Part shown: positions 1 through 8,525 of the stretch, one piece after another | Position numbering within the stretch: the stretch's first letter is position 1 | How the letters are laid out: each line of letters begins with the position of its first letter | DNA from: a virus | Lineage: Duplodnaviria > Heunggongvirae > Uroviricota > Caudoviricetes | Length of the DNA: 44,580 bases | Direction: 5' to 3' (one strand) | Virus record (IMG/VR): IMGVR_UViG_2534682161_000019 | Notes under the pieces: generated by a model | The model's database searches: none | The model's input: the letters and a program-made list of their open reading frames with translations, nothing else | Told to the model about the DNA's origin: nothing | Program-made: the position numbers and the translations under genes

Positions 1-390
1 ATGCGTTACCTTTCATCGGTGAAAATAAGCGTACAACAACTATTTATGCTGGCATTAGCGATGATAGTTATTGGTTCTTTCGGAGTGTGTTTATTTGTTT
101 ACTATATTTTTATCGATAATTGATATTTTTTTTGGGTATTAAAACAGAGTGGCGCAAACGAAAATATAAATTCGCTATAAAGACGGGGGTGAGTATTAAA
201 AATAATAACTACTAAGTTAAAATCTTTAAAAGTGTTAAAAACATCACATTTAATTATGTTGGGTACTGGAGAATAACCCGTCGTTTTGTTAAAAATAATT
301 TCGCATGATGAATCCCCCTGTGCGGAGGGGCAATCAGCAAGCAGGAATATGGATAATCGCGGATTCAGGTGCTGATACTGAACTCACCGG

Positions 391-810
391 GTGACACCCG
401 GCGCCATGCAGATGATGAAAGTGATGAGTATACCTGCCCCTCTCCGGAGGGGCTTTTTTATAGGCGAACGGATTTCAACCACAATTTATGAGGCTGCGCA
501 ACTGCGTGGCCTTTTTCGTTTTGCGGGCTGCGGTTCCCCTCTTTTGATTCTCCGTGTAACCGGAGATATTGCGAATACGTATGTGCTTAACGGTAACAGT
601 GTGTATATACCTGCCCAGGTATTTACCATGAATCTGGTGATGCTGGGTAGTGCTGAACACCTGTACTTTAACGGTAACGAGCAAACACCAGTTTTCTCTG
701 CGATCCTTTCGAGGATACAGACAGTGTCTGGAGCGGCAGAAATCCGGGGTATGGTGACGACAGTTACAGACCAGTCTGCATCGCAATCTGGATCAAAGTA
801 TTCAGGCTGA
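391..810 (+). CDS. hypothetical protein, probably a remnant gene of a degraded neighbouring prophage
   Basis: 139-aa ORF in the six-frame track; no motif I recognise; lies just upstream of a truncated lom-like fragment. Confidence 0.25.
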   Translation: MTPGAMQMMKVMSIPAPLRRGFFIGERISTTIYEAAQLRGLFRFAGCGSPLLILRVTGDIANTYVLNGNSVYIPAQVFTMNLVMLGSAEHLYFNGNEQTPVFSAILSRIQTVSGAAEIRGMVTTVTDQSASQSGSKYSG

Positions 811-886
811 ATGCGGGGACACCCGTGACGGTGTCGGTTTCAGGTAATGCAGTGACGGTTATCTGGATGTCGAAGGCGTAAACACG

Positions 887-1170
887 ATGAAGATGCCACA
901 ACTACCGGCAAAACTGAGTGCCGGGTATCTTCATGCCCGTTCTGATATGTCCGGCAGTGATGATTTAACCGGGTTCAATGTGAAATACCGCTATGAATTT
1001 ACGGACACGCTGGGGCTGGTGACGTCATTCAGCTATGCAGGAGACAGGAATCGCCTGCTTACCCGTTACAGTTATACCCGCTGGCATGAAGACTCCGTGC
1101 GTAACTGCTAATTCAGCATGATGGCGGGTGTGGCTTACAGCCGTGTTTCCACCTTCTCCGGGGATTCGTA
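887..1170 (+). pseudogene. lom: truncated Lom/Ail/PagC-family outer-membrane protein gene fragment
   Basis: 74-aa ORF (887-1111) with ...[37 protein letters not shown] almost identical to the interior of the intact Lom at 41239-41838, then a frame break and a further ...MAGVAYSRVSTFSGD piece; the N-terminal signal peptide and C-terminal beta-strands are missing. Confidence 0.7.
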
Positions 1171-1325
1171 ATTAGCTTGCTAAGCATGCGATGTCAGGCT
1201 GATTAGTGAAGTGATGTTGTTCGCATTTTGTCAGGGAGGGGGTATTGAGACTTTTTTGGAGAGTAGAGATCTGGTGTGGTTGTAAAAATTGTTGTTGGCA
1301 TTGAGAGCTGAAAATATACCAGGCT

Positions 1326-1359
1326 CTAAAAAACTAAGGGGTTACCATTTGGTAACCCC
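1326..1359 (-). terminator. rho-independent terminator-like hairpin downstream of the tRNA-Ser 3-prime fragment
   Basis: Perfect inverted repeat GGGGTTACC-ATTT-GGTAACCCC (1338-1359) followed on the minus strand by a T-run (A-run 1327-1332 on plus). Confidence 0.5.
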
Positions 1360-1369
1360 TTATCTTATT

Positions 1370-1429
1370 TGGCGGAAGCGCAGAGATTCGAACTCTGGAA
1401 CCCTTTCGGGTCGCCGGTTTTCAAGACCG
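1370..1429 (-). other. 60-nt 3-prime fragment of a tRNA-Ser gene (serT-like), putative prophage attachment-site remnant (attL side)
   Basis: Reverse complement reads CGGTCTTGAAAACCGGCGACCCGAAAGGGTTCCAGAGTTCGAATCTCTGCGCTTCCGCCA, which matches the anticodon-stem-to-CCA part of E. coli serT as I remember it; the 5-prime half of the tRNA is absent (sequence beyond 1429 is unrelated); integrase lies 140 bp away. Confidence 0.7.
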
Positions 1430-1569
1430 AAGAAAAATAAAGAAAAATCAGTATAATACGCAAAATAGCCGAAAAGTTAATCAGACTTAACACCAAGAAA
1501 AATCAAGATGTTAGGGAGTTATTCAGAGTTAATATACCAGGTCTTTTGCCAGAAAATTTTCTGGATTGT

Positions 1570-2589
1570 CTACTTACTGACCACAAGCGGCAAATCCAGT
1601 GTTGGCGTGATTTTGGTTTTACGATCGTAAATCAACACCTGATTTTCTGTTTTGTGTCCACTGAAAATTTGTTTGTCGCGACTGCTGCCTTCGTAATCTG
1701 AAATTCCTTTGGCTTTTATGTCATGGAAGTTGCACCCAAACGGAACACCGGCTTTTTGCTCGGCTGCACGTTTAGCCTGATTCCACCAGTTGTTCAGCGT
1801 TTTAGCTATGACCTTCCCGCCTTTGGTTGTGTTGATCACATACTCGCATGTGCCGGAAGATACATTTCGGGCTAACTGGATCGCCGTACGTAATCGTGGA
1901 GACCATTCCTTGATTTGTTTGGTGCCGGTCTTGTTTTGCTCAATGTAAATCCCTTTGTCCATAATATCCTGCCATTTCAGCTCGAGCACATCACCGAGCC
2001 TTGCCGCACAGAGATAGGATATCTCCATTGCAATACGTAACTGTGGAATTGCTTCCGCATATATCGCAGCATACTGTTCATCGGTGATGTAAACAGTACG
2101 GGCTTTAAGCGTGAATTTTCTGACTCCTTTGCATGGATTATTTTTCACATACCCACGCTCATATCCCCATCCGTATACGCGACTCAGACTTGCCAGTTCA
2201 TGGTTTGCCTGGGTCTTGCTCTCAAGCCCCCGCTTATCCATGAAAATTCTTACCTGCTCAATTTTTACATTATCAGCAAGCATTTTCCCGAATACCGCCA
2301 GTAATGCCCTTTGATGTTGCCGATAATCTTTTTGGGTTCGGGGGGCCAGTTCTGTAAATGCAGGGGAGTCCATAAACATGTGCCATAATTTAGCTACGGT
2401 CATTATGTCGTGGAGTTTTGCCTTTTCCAGTTCATAATTTTGCCAGACTTTAGCCACGCTGGTTTCCCGCACTCTTCCTAGCTTTATCGTCCTTGTGCTT
2501 CCTTTGGGCTTCCATACGTAACTGTAACCATTCGATCTAACGCGCGGTGGCAGTACATTATCTTTTTTGTCTTTTCTTGGTCTTCCCAT
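1570..2589 (-). CDS. int: tyrosine site-specific integrase (lambda Int family)
   Basis: 339 aa; C-terminal ...FHDIKAKGISDYEGS...FSGHKTENQVLIYDRK resembles the lambda Int catalytic region (GHKSDTMASQYRDDR); adjacent to tRNA fragment; overlaps the xis-like ORF. Confidence 0.9.
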   Translation of the reverse strand: MGRPRKDKKDNVLPPRVRSNGYSYVWKPKGSTRTIKLGRVRETSVAKVWQNYELEKAKLHDIMTVAKLWHMFMDSPAFTELAPRTQKDYRQHQRALLAVFGKMLADNVKIEQVRIFMDKRGLESKTQANHELASLSRVYGWGYERGYVKNNPCKGVRKFTLKARTVYITDEQYAAIYAEAIPQLRIAMEISYLCAARLGDVLELKWQDIMDKGIYIEQNKTGTKQIKEWSPRLRTAIQLARNVSSGTCEYVINTTKGGKVIAKTLNNWWNQAKRAAEQKAGVPFGCNFHDIKAKGISDYEGSSRDKQIFSGHKTENQVLIYDRKTKITPTLDLPLVVSK

Positions 2590-2809
2590 TATTCAGTGCC
2601 TCAAAATCGGGTTCAGCAGAAACCAGTTCAGATACTTTTGACATTGCTGTTAGTCCACGTGGAATATCACAGCGTAGAACTATCGGCTCGTTTTTAGGCC
2701 CGATTAAAAATGGGATGCCGTGCAGTCTTAACTGGTGTTGCTGTCTTGTGTATCGCTTGTATTTCGTGATCTCTTGAATCTCTGCTGGCGATAGAGTTAA
2801 TTCATACAT
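2558..2809 (-). CDS. xis: putative excisionase / small DNA-binding protein
   Basis: 83-aa basic ORF immediately upstream of and overlapping the int start, the canonical xis position; sequence itself not confidently recognised. Confidence 0.5.
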   Translation of the reverse strand: MYELTLSPAEIQEITKYKRYTRQQHQLRLHGIPFLIGPKNEPIVLRCDIPRGLTAMSKVSELVSAEPDFEALNNGKTKKRQKR

Positions 2810-2875
2810 GTGGTCACATGCCTTACAGCATGACCGCCGCCAATATAATTCGGAGGCGGCGATCAGGGTTGAACA

Positions 2876-5359
2876 TTAAAAATCAGCCTGACTCGGGATC
2901 AGTTTTTGTATTGTAGCTGTAACGTATTTTGCCTGGTGACGGGCGTCATCCAGTGCATTGTGGTGCACGCCTTCGAATGGAATAACGGTTCTGGCATCAA
3001 AGTCGATTGTTTTTCCCAGCTCAACGATTGTGCGTACATCGCGATCGTTGTGGTAGCGCCACGGGCAGGGGATGTCCAGACGTTCGTATGAGGTGCGCAA
3101 AATTGCGTTATCGAAAGTTGCACCATTACCCCATACCTGAACGAATTTTTCATCTGAGTATTCGTTGATGAACTCCCGAAACCGCGAAAGGGCATCCTTC
3201 AGTTTTACCTGGTCTGTTAAAATGGCAGCTCTGGCTTCACTGGACTGCTTCAGCCACCATTCGATGGTTCCACCGTCAGGAACAGCCCCTGTATTCATTG
3301 CGTCAGTCAGACTGATAACGATATAAAATACTGGCCCGATTTCCCCTGTTTGTGGGTCGAAGAAAACCGCACCAATAACCACGATGGGCGCATTGGTGTT
3401 GGTTCCCATTGTTTCAAGGTCGATCATCAGGTGGTACCACACTCTGCTGGTGGATGTGATAACGTGATGACCGTTCACCGCAATTAAGGGATCTGCCGTC
3501 TCGCCAGTTTCATTATCGCTGGCGTGGTCCTGAGCGCTGCCAGCATTCTCCTTGTGTGGATGTTCAGCGCCTTCCATTTCCTCCGGATCATTTTCCTGAA
3601 CTTCAACCTGATTCTCTTCATCGAATGTTTCCTGGTATGTTGCGTCGCCCATCACCGCACCACAATCAGGGCAGTTGCCGCCGCCGGTCTGACCGCAGGC
3701 GGTGCAGACTTTTTCCGCTTCCTGTTGCGCTACTGGCTCAGGTTGTTTCGTTTCTGGCTCGTTTTGTAACGCATTTGGGCTGTTTTGTTCCGCGTTCTGG
3801 TCGTTCTGTTCCGTTTCTTGCTGGTTCTGATTCACAGAATCGCGGGTTTCAATCCCCTTCACCCATTTCGGATCATTCGGGTCGCTAATCCCTGCAACAA
3901 ATTCACTACGTGATACAGCAAGCAACTTATCGGCGTCAGGCTGGCTGATATTGGCTGCCTGCATAATTTTGTTTACTTCGTCAGCGGTAACTTTTACCGG
4001 CTCCGGTTGTGCGATCGTGTCAGATGCACCAGTATTTTGTTGTGAACCTGAGTATGTACCGTTTTTGCGGGCAAAATATTCTTCTTTCGTGATTTCAGTA
4101 GCCCCTGCAGCCAGCGCCTTATTCAGACCAGAAAGTTTGTTTGCACGACCGTATTTTTCGCCATCCTTGTCGGTGAAGAGGAAGTAGAACGGCCCCTCAC
4201 GCTCTACAGATGATTCGACTTCCACTTTGCATTCGGTTTTTTCGTTGTCGTGAATTGCCGTTTCCACTGCGTCAGTTTCTGGTACTGGCGACGAGAGAGT
4301 ATTAGCTGTGCCCTGATTTGTTCCTTCGTCATCTTCAAACACGCCCTTTGTAGTCAGGTATTCAGTGATGTATTTGTTCAGTGCCACGGGATCTTTGTGA
4401 ATGTCGATCGGGCGTTCACGGACAAGGCCAAAAATAGTCTGGCGGCTGTAGCGAAGCGCATCAGGTTGTTTGCGCATTGATGCGGAGATGCGCTTCCAGT
4501 CTTCGCGATCTCTGGCGATAACTTCATTTTTAGCCCAGCGAAGGATGCTGCCGTCAATGTTTCCGGCATCCGCATCACCAGGCCAGAGATAGTAGGCCAG
4601 CTCCCTGTCCAGGGTTTTCCATGTCTGCTTGTATTCGCGATGAATGGCGGCAGTTACAGGAGGGATTTTTTCTGCTGGGTTTTCAGTGTGCTGTCGGTTG
4701 GCTTTGGCGCGGGCAAGATCAACAACAGACGTGTATTTTCCAGTCTCTTTGCGCTCTGCGTCCTGCCGTTTTTTCCAGTTACGTAATTCAACCTGAATTT
4801 CGGGCCATTTGGTACCCGGCTTACATTTGTGTTTAACCCATCCGATAGCGAACAGTTTGCGTTCCGGATACATAGCGTTAATTTCAGGCGTTTTCATCAG
4901 TGCTTCAACGATATGCCCGTCAAAGGTAGCCACGTCTTCTTGCAGTAATTCCTGCGCGTCAATCGCCATATCAACGGTGATGTTTTCACATGTACCGAAC
5001 TTAACCAGGACCGCGTTCTGTACTTCAAGGGACAGCTTGTCAAAATTGACGTTAATAGGATCGGATTCTGGTTCGACCGGAATAAAGGAAGCGGATTCCT
5101 CATCCCAGTGGTTTTCCTGCATATATTCGGTATCCCAGGAGTCGATAGCAGGGCGGGGCATGCCGGGTTTATCTTCGCAGACAAGAAATTTATAAGCGCA
5201 GTCCTGAGCAGCAGGATATTGCTCCAGGAATTGCCAGGTAAATTTGGCACGGGCGCGGCGTTCATCACCGGCTTCAATGGCAGTGGCTACAGCAACTGCG
5301 CCCTCTTCTTTTATTGCCTGTTCGTCCGGAATGGCGGCGCAAATAAAGACTTTACTCAT
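2876..5359 (-). CDS. large early-region protein with C-terminal DnaQ-like (DEDDh) 3-prime-5-prime exonuclease domain (type often annotated exodeoxyribonuclease VIII-like in E. coli prophages)
   Basis: 827 aa; C-terminus carries Exo I (MIDLETMGT), Exo II (WGNGATFDNAIL) and Exo III (HHNALDDARH) motifs; Cys4 ribbon CTACGQTGGGNCPDCG; low-complexity Q/N/E-rich linker. Confidence 0.7.
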   Translation of the reverse strand: MSKVFICAAIPDEQAIKEEGAVAVATAIEAGDERRARAKFTWQFLEQYPAAQDCAYKFLVCEDKPGMPRPAIDSWDTEYMQENHWDEESASFIPVEPESDPINVNFDKLSLEVQNAVLVKFGTCENITVDMAIDAQELLQEDVATFDGHIVEALMKTPEINAMYPERKLFAIGWVKHKCKPGTKWPEIQVELRNWKKRQDAERKETGKYTSVVDLARAKANRQHTENPAEKIPPVTAAIHREYKQTWKTLDRELAYYLWPGDADAGNIDGSILRWAKNEVIARDREDWKRISASMRKQPDALRYSRQTIFGLVRERPIDIHKDPVALNKYITEYLTTKGVFEDDEGTNQGTANTLSSPVPETDAVETAIHDNEKTECKVEVESSVEREGPFYFLFTDKDGEKYGRANKLSGLNKALAAGATEITKEEYFARKNGTYSGSQQNTGASDTIAQPEPVKVTADEVNKIMQAANISQPDADKLLAVSRSEFVAGISDPNDPKWVKGIETRDSVNQNQQETEQNDQNAEQNSPNALQNEPETKQPEPVAQQEAEKVCTACGQTGGGNCPDCGAVMGDATYQETFDEENQVEVQENDPEEMEGAEHPHKENAGSAQDHASDNETGETADPLIAVNGHHVITSTSRVWYHLMIDLETMGTNTNAPIVVIGAVFFDPQTGEIGPVFYIVISLTDAMNTGAVPDGGTIEWWLKQSSEARAAILTDQVKLKDALSRFREFINEYSDEKFVQVWGNGATFDNAILRTSYERLDIPCPWRYHNDRDVRTIVELGKTIDFDARTVIPFEGVHHNALDDARHQAKYVTATIQKLIPSQADF

Positions 5360-5452
5360 TTTGTTTTAACCTCATTACAGATTTAAGGGTGAACAAATCC
5401 CTGCCATTGCTGGCATATAAAAATGAAACCGGATATTAATTACGGTGCTGTT

Positions 5453-5644
5453 TTAAAGTCCTGCCGGTATTTCGTTATTATTAGTGTGAGTAGTTTTATC
5501 TACCGGATAACAGTTACCGGGAATTTTTTGTTCTGCTGCTGCAGCCATGCATTCTTTCATTGAACCGTATAAGCCAGTCACCAGCTCAAGAGATTCGCCG
5601 GAAACAAGATAAACTGTCAGAACGAGTGCAAATGTTGTATTCAT
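5453..5644 (-). CDS. hypothetical small protein (hydrophobic N-terminus)
   Basis: 63-aa ORF in the leftward early operon, stop overlapping the next gene start (ATGA). Confidence 0.4.
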   Translation of the reverse strand: MNTTFALVLTVYLVSGESLELVTGLYGSMKECMAAAAEQKIPGNCYPVDKTTHTNNNEIPAGL

Positions 5645-5829
5645 TGTTTATATCCTTTTTGCAGCAGGTCCAGACGAGCCAGCATTGAAGGAATGCATAC
5701 TTCATTTAACAGGTCCTGCTCGAGTTTTCTCTGCTTAATGGCGTCTTCAATAAATGTTTTGTCTCCAGTGATAACGCCAATTTCGAAACGAAGTTCAGAC
5801 GTGATGGCATTACATGATAACTTTTCCAT
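5641..5829 (-). CDS. hypothetical small early protein (RacC-like position)
   Basis: ORF track gives 5641-5934; the internal ATG at 5829 (MEKLSCNAITSELRFEIG...) is preceded by a GAGGA RBS whereas the 5934 start has none, so the shorter start is preferred. Confidence 0.4.
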   Translation of the reverse strand: MEKLSCNAITSELRFEIGVITGDKTFIEDAIKQRKLEQDLLNEVCIPSMLARLDLLQKGYKQ

Positions 5830-6406
5830 TATCGCGTCCTCAACAATGAATTTTGTGATGCGGTGCCTGGTGCCTCCAGGTGACGTTAACCAGTTAACAA
5901 TTAACGCCGGATACAGAGAATCCACCCATAACACTGTTTTTGGTTTTAACTGTTCCGCGTGCGCTGAGCCGCATTCACCGCATCACAAAATTCACTTTTA
6001 AAAAAGGGCGGCAGAGCAGTCACGGAGTAAAACTGATACCGCCAAATGTCACCAGAATATTGATAACAGAGGGCGTTGTAGCGGGGTTGTCACTTAAGCG
6101 TATGGTCAACCTGACAACCCGGTGTCCTCAACGGGGAAAGGCGTCCCTCCCACCCCCGCCATACTTACCGCCGCGCCATTTCGCGGGTCGCCACAACCGG
6201 AAGCGCACGGTCGAATTAAATTTAACGACACCGTGCAGTGAGACGAACTTCGCCGTGCGCTTTCGTGTTGTGTGCCTGCTTTTAACCACGTCAGGCGAGG
6301 TGGTTTCCGTCATTCCCCAACGACAGGAAATCTGTATAATCTGGGTATCCCCAACGATCCAAGGAAATCATATGACAGAGCAAAGAGCACAAGCAGGTGA
6401 TGGTGT

Positions 6407-6613
6407 ATGGACCGGGATGATATTCTTGACAGAATTTTTTATGGCTATTTTCTTGAGCAACTGTTTTCTGTAGCGACTGGTCGTCTCGATAAACTTCTCT
6501 CAGTAGTGAGTATTATCCTCGGTTCATCTGTCATTGGCGGATTCATTCCGGAAATTTCTGGCGTTTTTATTGTTGTGATCGCAACCGTCCAAACGATTTA
6601 TGGATTCGGATAA
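6407..6613 (+). CDS. hypothetical small membrane protein (rightward ORF inside the leftward early region)
   Basis: 68 aa with a long hydrophobic stretch LLSVVSIILGSSVIGGFIPEISGVFIVVIATV; opposite orientation to flanking genes, as sieB is in Rac. Confidence 0.3.
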   Translation: MDRDDILDRIFYGYFLEQLFSVATGRLDKLLSVVSIILGSSVIGGFIPEISGVFIVVIATVQTIYGFG

Positions 6614-6628
6614 AAGTCAGGTAATACC

Positions 6629-6853
6629 ATGAGAAAATCCGCAGAATATTTGCAGCTTTTTGATGATGCAGAAAAATATTCTGATTCGGAATTGAAAATT
6701 CAGTTAAAAACTCTGGAAAAAACAGATAATCATATTTGGTCATCACTTAAAGATATTGCGATCTTAAAAACACAGATCAAAATAGGCGTCTCCATCGAAC
6801 AACAAGAGAAGTTGCCCACAAAATCCAAATTGATGCGATTTCTTTGTGGTTAG
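6629..6853 (+). CDS. hypothetical protein, same frame as 6407-6613 and separated from it by one stop codon
   Basis: 74-aa ORF; ATG 15 nt after the preceding TAA. Confidence 0.3.
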   Translation: MRKSAEYLQLFDDAEKYSDSELKIQLKTLEKTDNHIWSSLKDIAILKTQIKIGVSIEQQEKLPTKSKLMRFLCG

Positions 6854-6942
6854 GAATATCCAGATTGTTAAAGAGCATGCCGGAGGTTTATCCGTGTCCG
6901 GCGCACGCACTTCATCTGCGGAGAACTACTTGAGCTCATTGG

Positions 6943-7158
6943 TCAGTAGTTTTCAATCACTCGCGAAACGTTTAATGCCGCGCTTTTTGCCAGAGTGGTA
7001 ATATCCTGCTCCGCTGACACCAGTTCTTTAGAGAGGCGCTCTTTGTAGTCAGCGGCCTGCTTCAGGTCATTAATGGCGCGTATCTTTCCGCACATCCATT
7101 CGTAAATTTCATCCTCGGTATAGTCTGGTGCGATGATGACGGGTTCTCGTTTCTGCAT
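6943..7158 (-). CDS. hypothetical early protein
   Basis: 71-aa ORF in the leftward operon. Confidence 0.4.
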   Translation of the reverse strand: MQKREPVIIAPDYTEDEIYEWMCGKIRAINDLKQAADYKERLSKELVSAEQDITTLAKSAALNVSRVIENY

Positions 7159-7187
7159 ACTGATTCCTCGAGGTGCCGCTTCGCTTA

Positions 7188-7316
7188 TCAGTCGTTAGAT
7201 TTTGCCGAACTGGAAAGCGCCTGTTTAAACTCACTGAAGCTGAGAGCTTCTTCGCCTTCGGCAAGGCCTTCGAAGTATTCTTCGTAAGCCTTTTCCATGA
7301 TTGCGTCGAAATCCAT
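7188..7316 (-). CDS. hypothetical small acidic protein (42 aa)
   Basis: Not in the ORF track (under 60 aa); ATG at 7316 preceded by AGGTGAG RBS; MDFDAIMEKAYEEYFEGLAEGEEALSFSEFKQALSSSAKSND; fits tightly between flanking leftward genes. Confidence 0.35.
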   Translation of the reverse strand: MDFDAIMEKAYEEYFEGLAEGEEALSFSEFKQALSSSAKSND

Positions 7317-7317
7317 A

Positions 7318-7554
7318 TCACTCACCTGAATTTCTTTCCAGCCAGCGACGCGCGCCAGCTTCGGTTTTAAACGTTTTGCTTCTGGTATACGTCATCGCGG
7401 TGAACGTGCCGTCCTGGTTGGGAAACACGCCGTACACCAGAGATTCGTTGTTGCCAAGATCGATAGTATCCATGCTGACCTCATTTCCCCTTAACGCCGG
7501 GGTAGCGGAACAAAAACCTGCTGCATAGTTATTAAAGTTGAACCCTGCCGTCAT
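7318..7554 (-). CDS. hypothetical protein, first gene of the leftward early operon
   Basis: 78-aa ORF; an alternative start at 7473 (MDTIDLG...) has a GAGG RBS; not Arg-rich, so not an N-like antiterminator. Confidence 0.4.
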   Translation of the reverse strand: MTAGFNFNNYAAGFCSATPALRGNEVSMDTIDLGNNESLVYGVFPNQDGTFTAMTYTRSKTFKTEAGARRWLERNSGE

Positions 7555-7649
7555 GTTCTTACGCCTCGGGCTGGCTACTTAACCCCTGACCACTGCCGGG
7601 TAACTCTAGGTATTGCCCTGCGTTCTGTGGGGCGGGGTGGGTTGGCATG

Positions 7650-7700
7650 TATATAATGTACTTTATGTTCAGTGTTGTAAAGTACTTTGAGTACATTTTA
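7650..7700. promoter_or_regulatory. leftward early promoter/operator region (OL-like) with ATGTACT operator motifs
   Basis: ATGTACT at 7656-7662 (+) and 7690-7696 (-); 13-mer ATGTACTCAAAGT on the minus strand (7684-7696) is identical to one at 8240-8252. Confidence 0.45.
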
Positions 7701-7771
7701 TGTGTAAAAAAATGAGATGGGAAAAAGTGAAGCACAAACCCGGAGGGGGACGCTACCGGATTTATGCTGGT

Positions 7772-8191
7772 TTAAGAGGCTTTTTGTTTTTTCTTTCGTG
7801 CTAACTCTTCGTAAATTGCATTGTACTTTTGTTTTTTCTCCTCAAGAGTTTTTAAAAGTTCATCTGTCTCACTGTCAGGGAGCTCGTCCAGAAGATCAAT
7901 GATGATTTTTTGTCTTGGATTTAACTCCTGATAGAAACGTACCTGTCCACTTTCTTCTGTATCCTCTCCCAAAAGATAGGTTGGTGTTGTTCCAATGAGT
8001 GTTGCTAATTCCCTTAATTTCTCTCGGCGAGGAATTGTTTCGCCATTAAACCATTTGCTAACCGCTTTTGGTGTTAATTTCATTCGACGGGCAATTTCTG
8101 CCTGCCTTCCATGTTGTTCATAACCAGCGTTTTCACAGGCTAGCGCAAGCCTACTGGCGAACTCTTTACGCGCTTTATCTTCATGAACCAT
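7772..8191 (-). CDS. prophage repressor, HTH XRE family (RacR/DicA-like, no S24 peptidase domain)
   Basis: 139 aa; N-terminal HTH (...QAEIARRMKLTPKAVSKWFNGETIP...); acidic C-terminus; divergent from a Cro-like gene. Confidence 0.7.
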   Translation of the reverse strand: MVHEDKARKEFASRLALACENAGYEQHGRQAEIARRMKLTPKAVSKWFNGETIPRREKLRELATLIGTTPTYLLGEDTEESGQVRFYQELNPRQKIIIDLLDELPDSETDELLKTLEEKKQKYNAIYEELARKKKQKAS

Positions 8192-8199
8192 AAGTTCAA

Positions 8200-8260
8200 T
8201 GATATTCGCTCTTGAATGTACTGTCAGTTCTGTTATAGCATGTACTCAAAGTTCACATTG
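8200..8260. promoter_or_regulatory. divergent promoter/operator region between repressor and cro-like gene (OR-like)
   Basis: ATGTACT motifs at 8216-8222 and 8240-8246; shares 13-mer ATGTACTCAAAGT with the OL-like region. Confidence 0.5.
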
Positions 8261-8270
8261 TGAGGGTGAT

Positions 8271-8525
8271 ATGAACCAGAAAACACTTGAAGATGTAATC
8301 AAAACTGTTCGCGTTTCTGTTGTGGCCGACGTTTGTGGTGTCAGCCAAAGAGCAATCTACAAATGGATGGATAACGGAAAATTGCCTCGCACTGAATATA
8401 CCGGCGAAACAAATTATGCTGAAAAAATCGCTCATGCATCAAACGGATTATTTTCTGCCGATGCAATTTTAACTATTGGCAGAAATAAAACTACTACGAA
8501 AAAGCTGTTGGGAGTTGATTCATGA
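8271..8525 (+). CDS. Cro-like / YdaS-family small HTH regulator
   Basis: 84 aa from the ATG at 8271 (RBS GAGGGTGA); HTH-like VADVCGVSQRAIYKWMDNGKLP; divergent from the repressor. Confidence 0.6.
   Translation: MNQKTLEDVIKTVRVSVVADVCGVSQRAIYKWMDNGKLPRTEYTGETNYAEKIAHASNGLFSADAILTIGRNKTTTKKLLGVDS

Noticed and set aside
1-123. 40-codon hydrophobic ORF at the window start (MRYLSSVKISVQQLFMLALAMIVIGSFGVCLFVYYIFIDN)
   Set aside because: Could be a small membrane or toxin peptide, but it starts at the window edge (possibly truncated upstream), lies in AT-rich DNA where chance ORFs are common, and has no visible RBS context; too little evidence to call.
1370-1429. Considered calling this an intact tRNA-Ser gene
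   Set aside because: Only the 3-prime 60 nt match; the D-arm and acceptor 5-prime strand are absent, so it is an att-site remnant rather than a functional tRNA.
5940-6473. 177-aa plus-strand ORF in the early region
   Set aside because: Translation is Arg/Pro-rich and low-complexity with no RBS; only its last ~34 codons (from the ATG at 6372) look gene-like, and those are covered in a separate finding.
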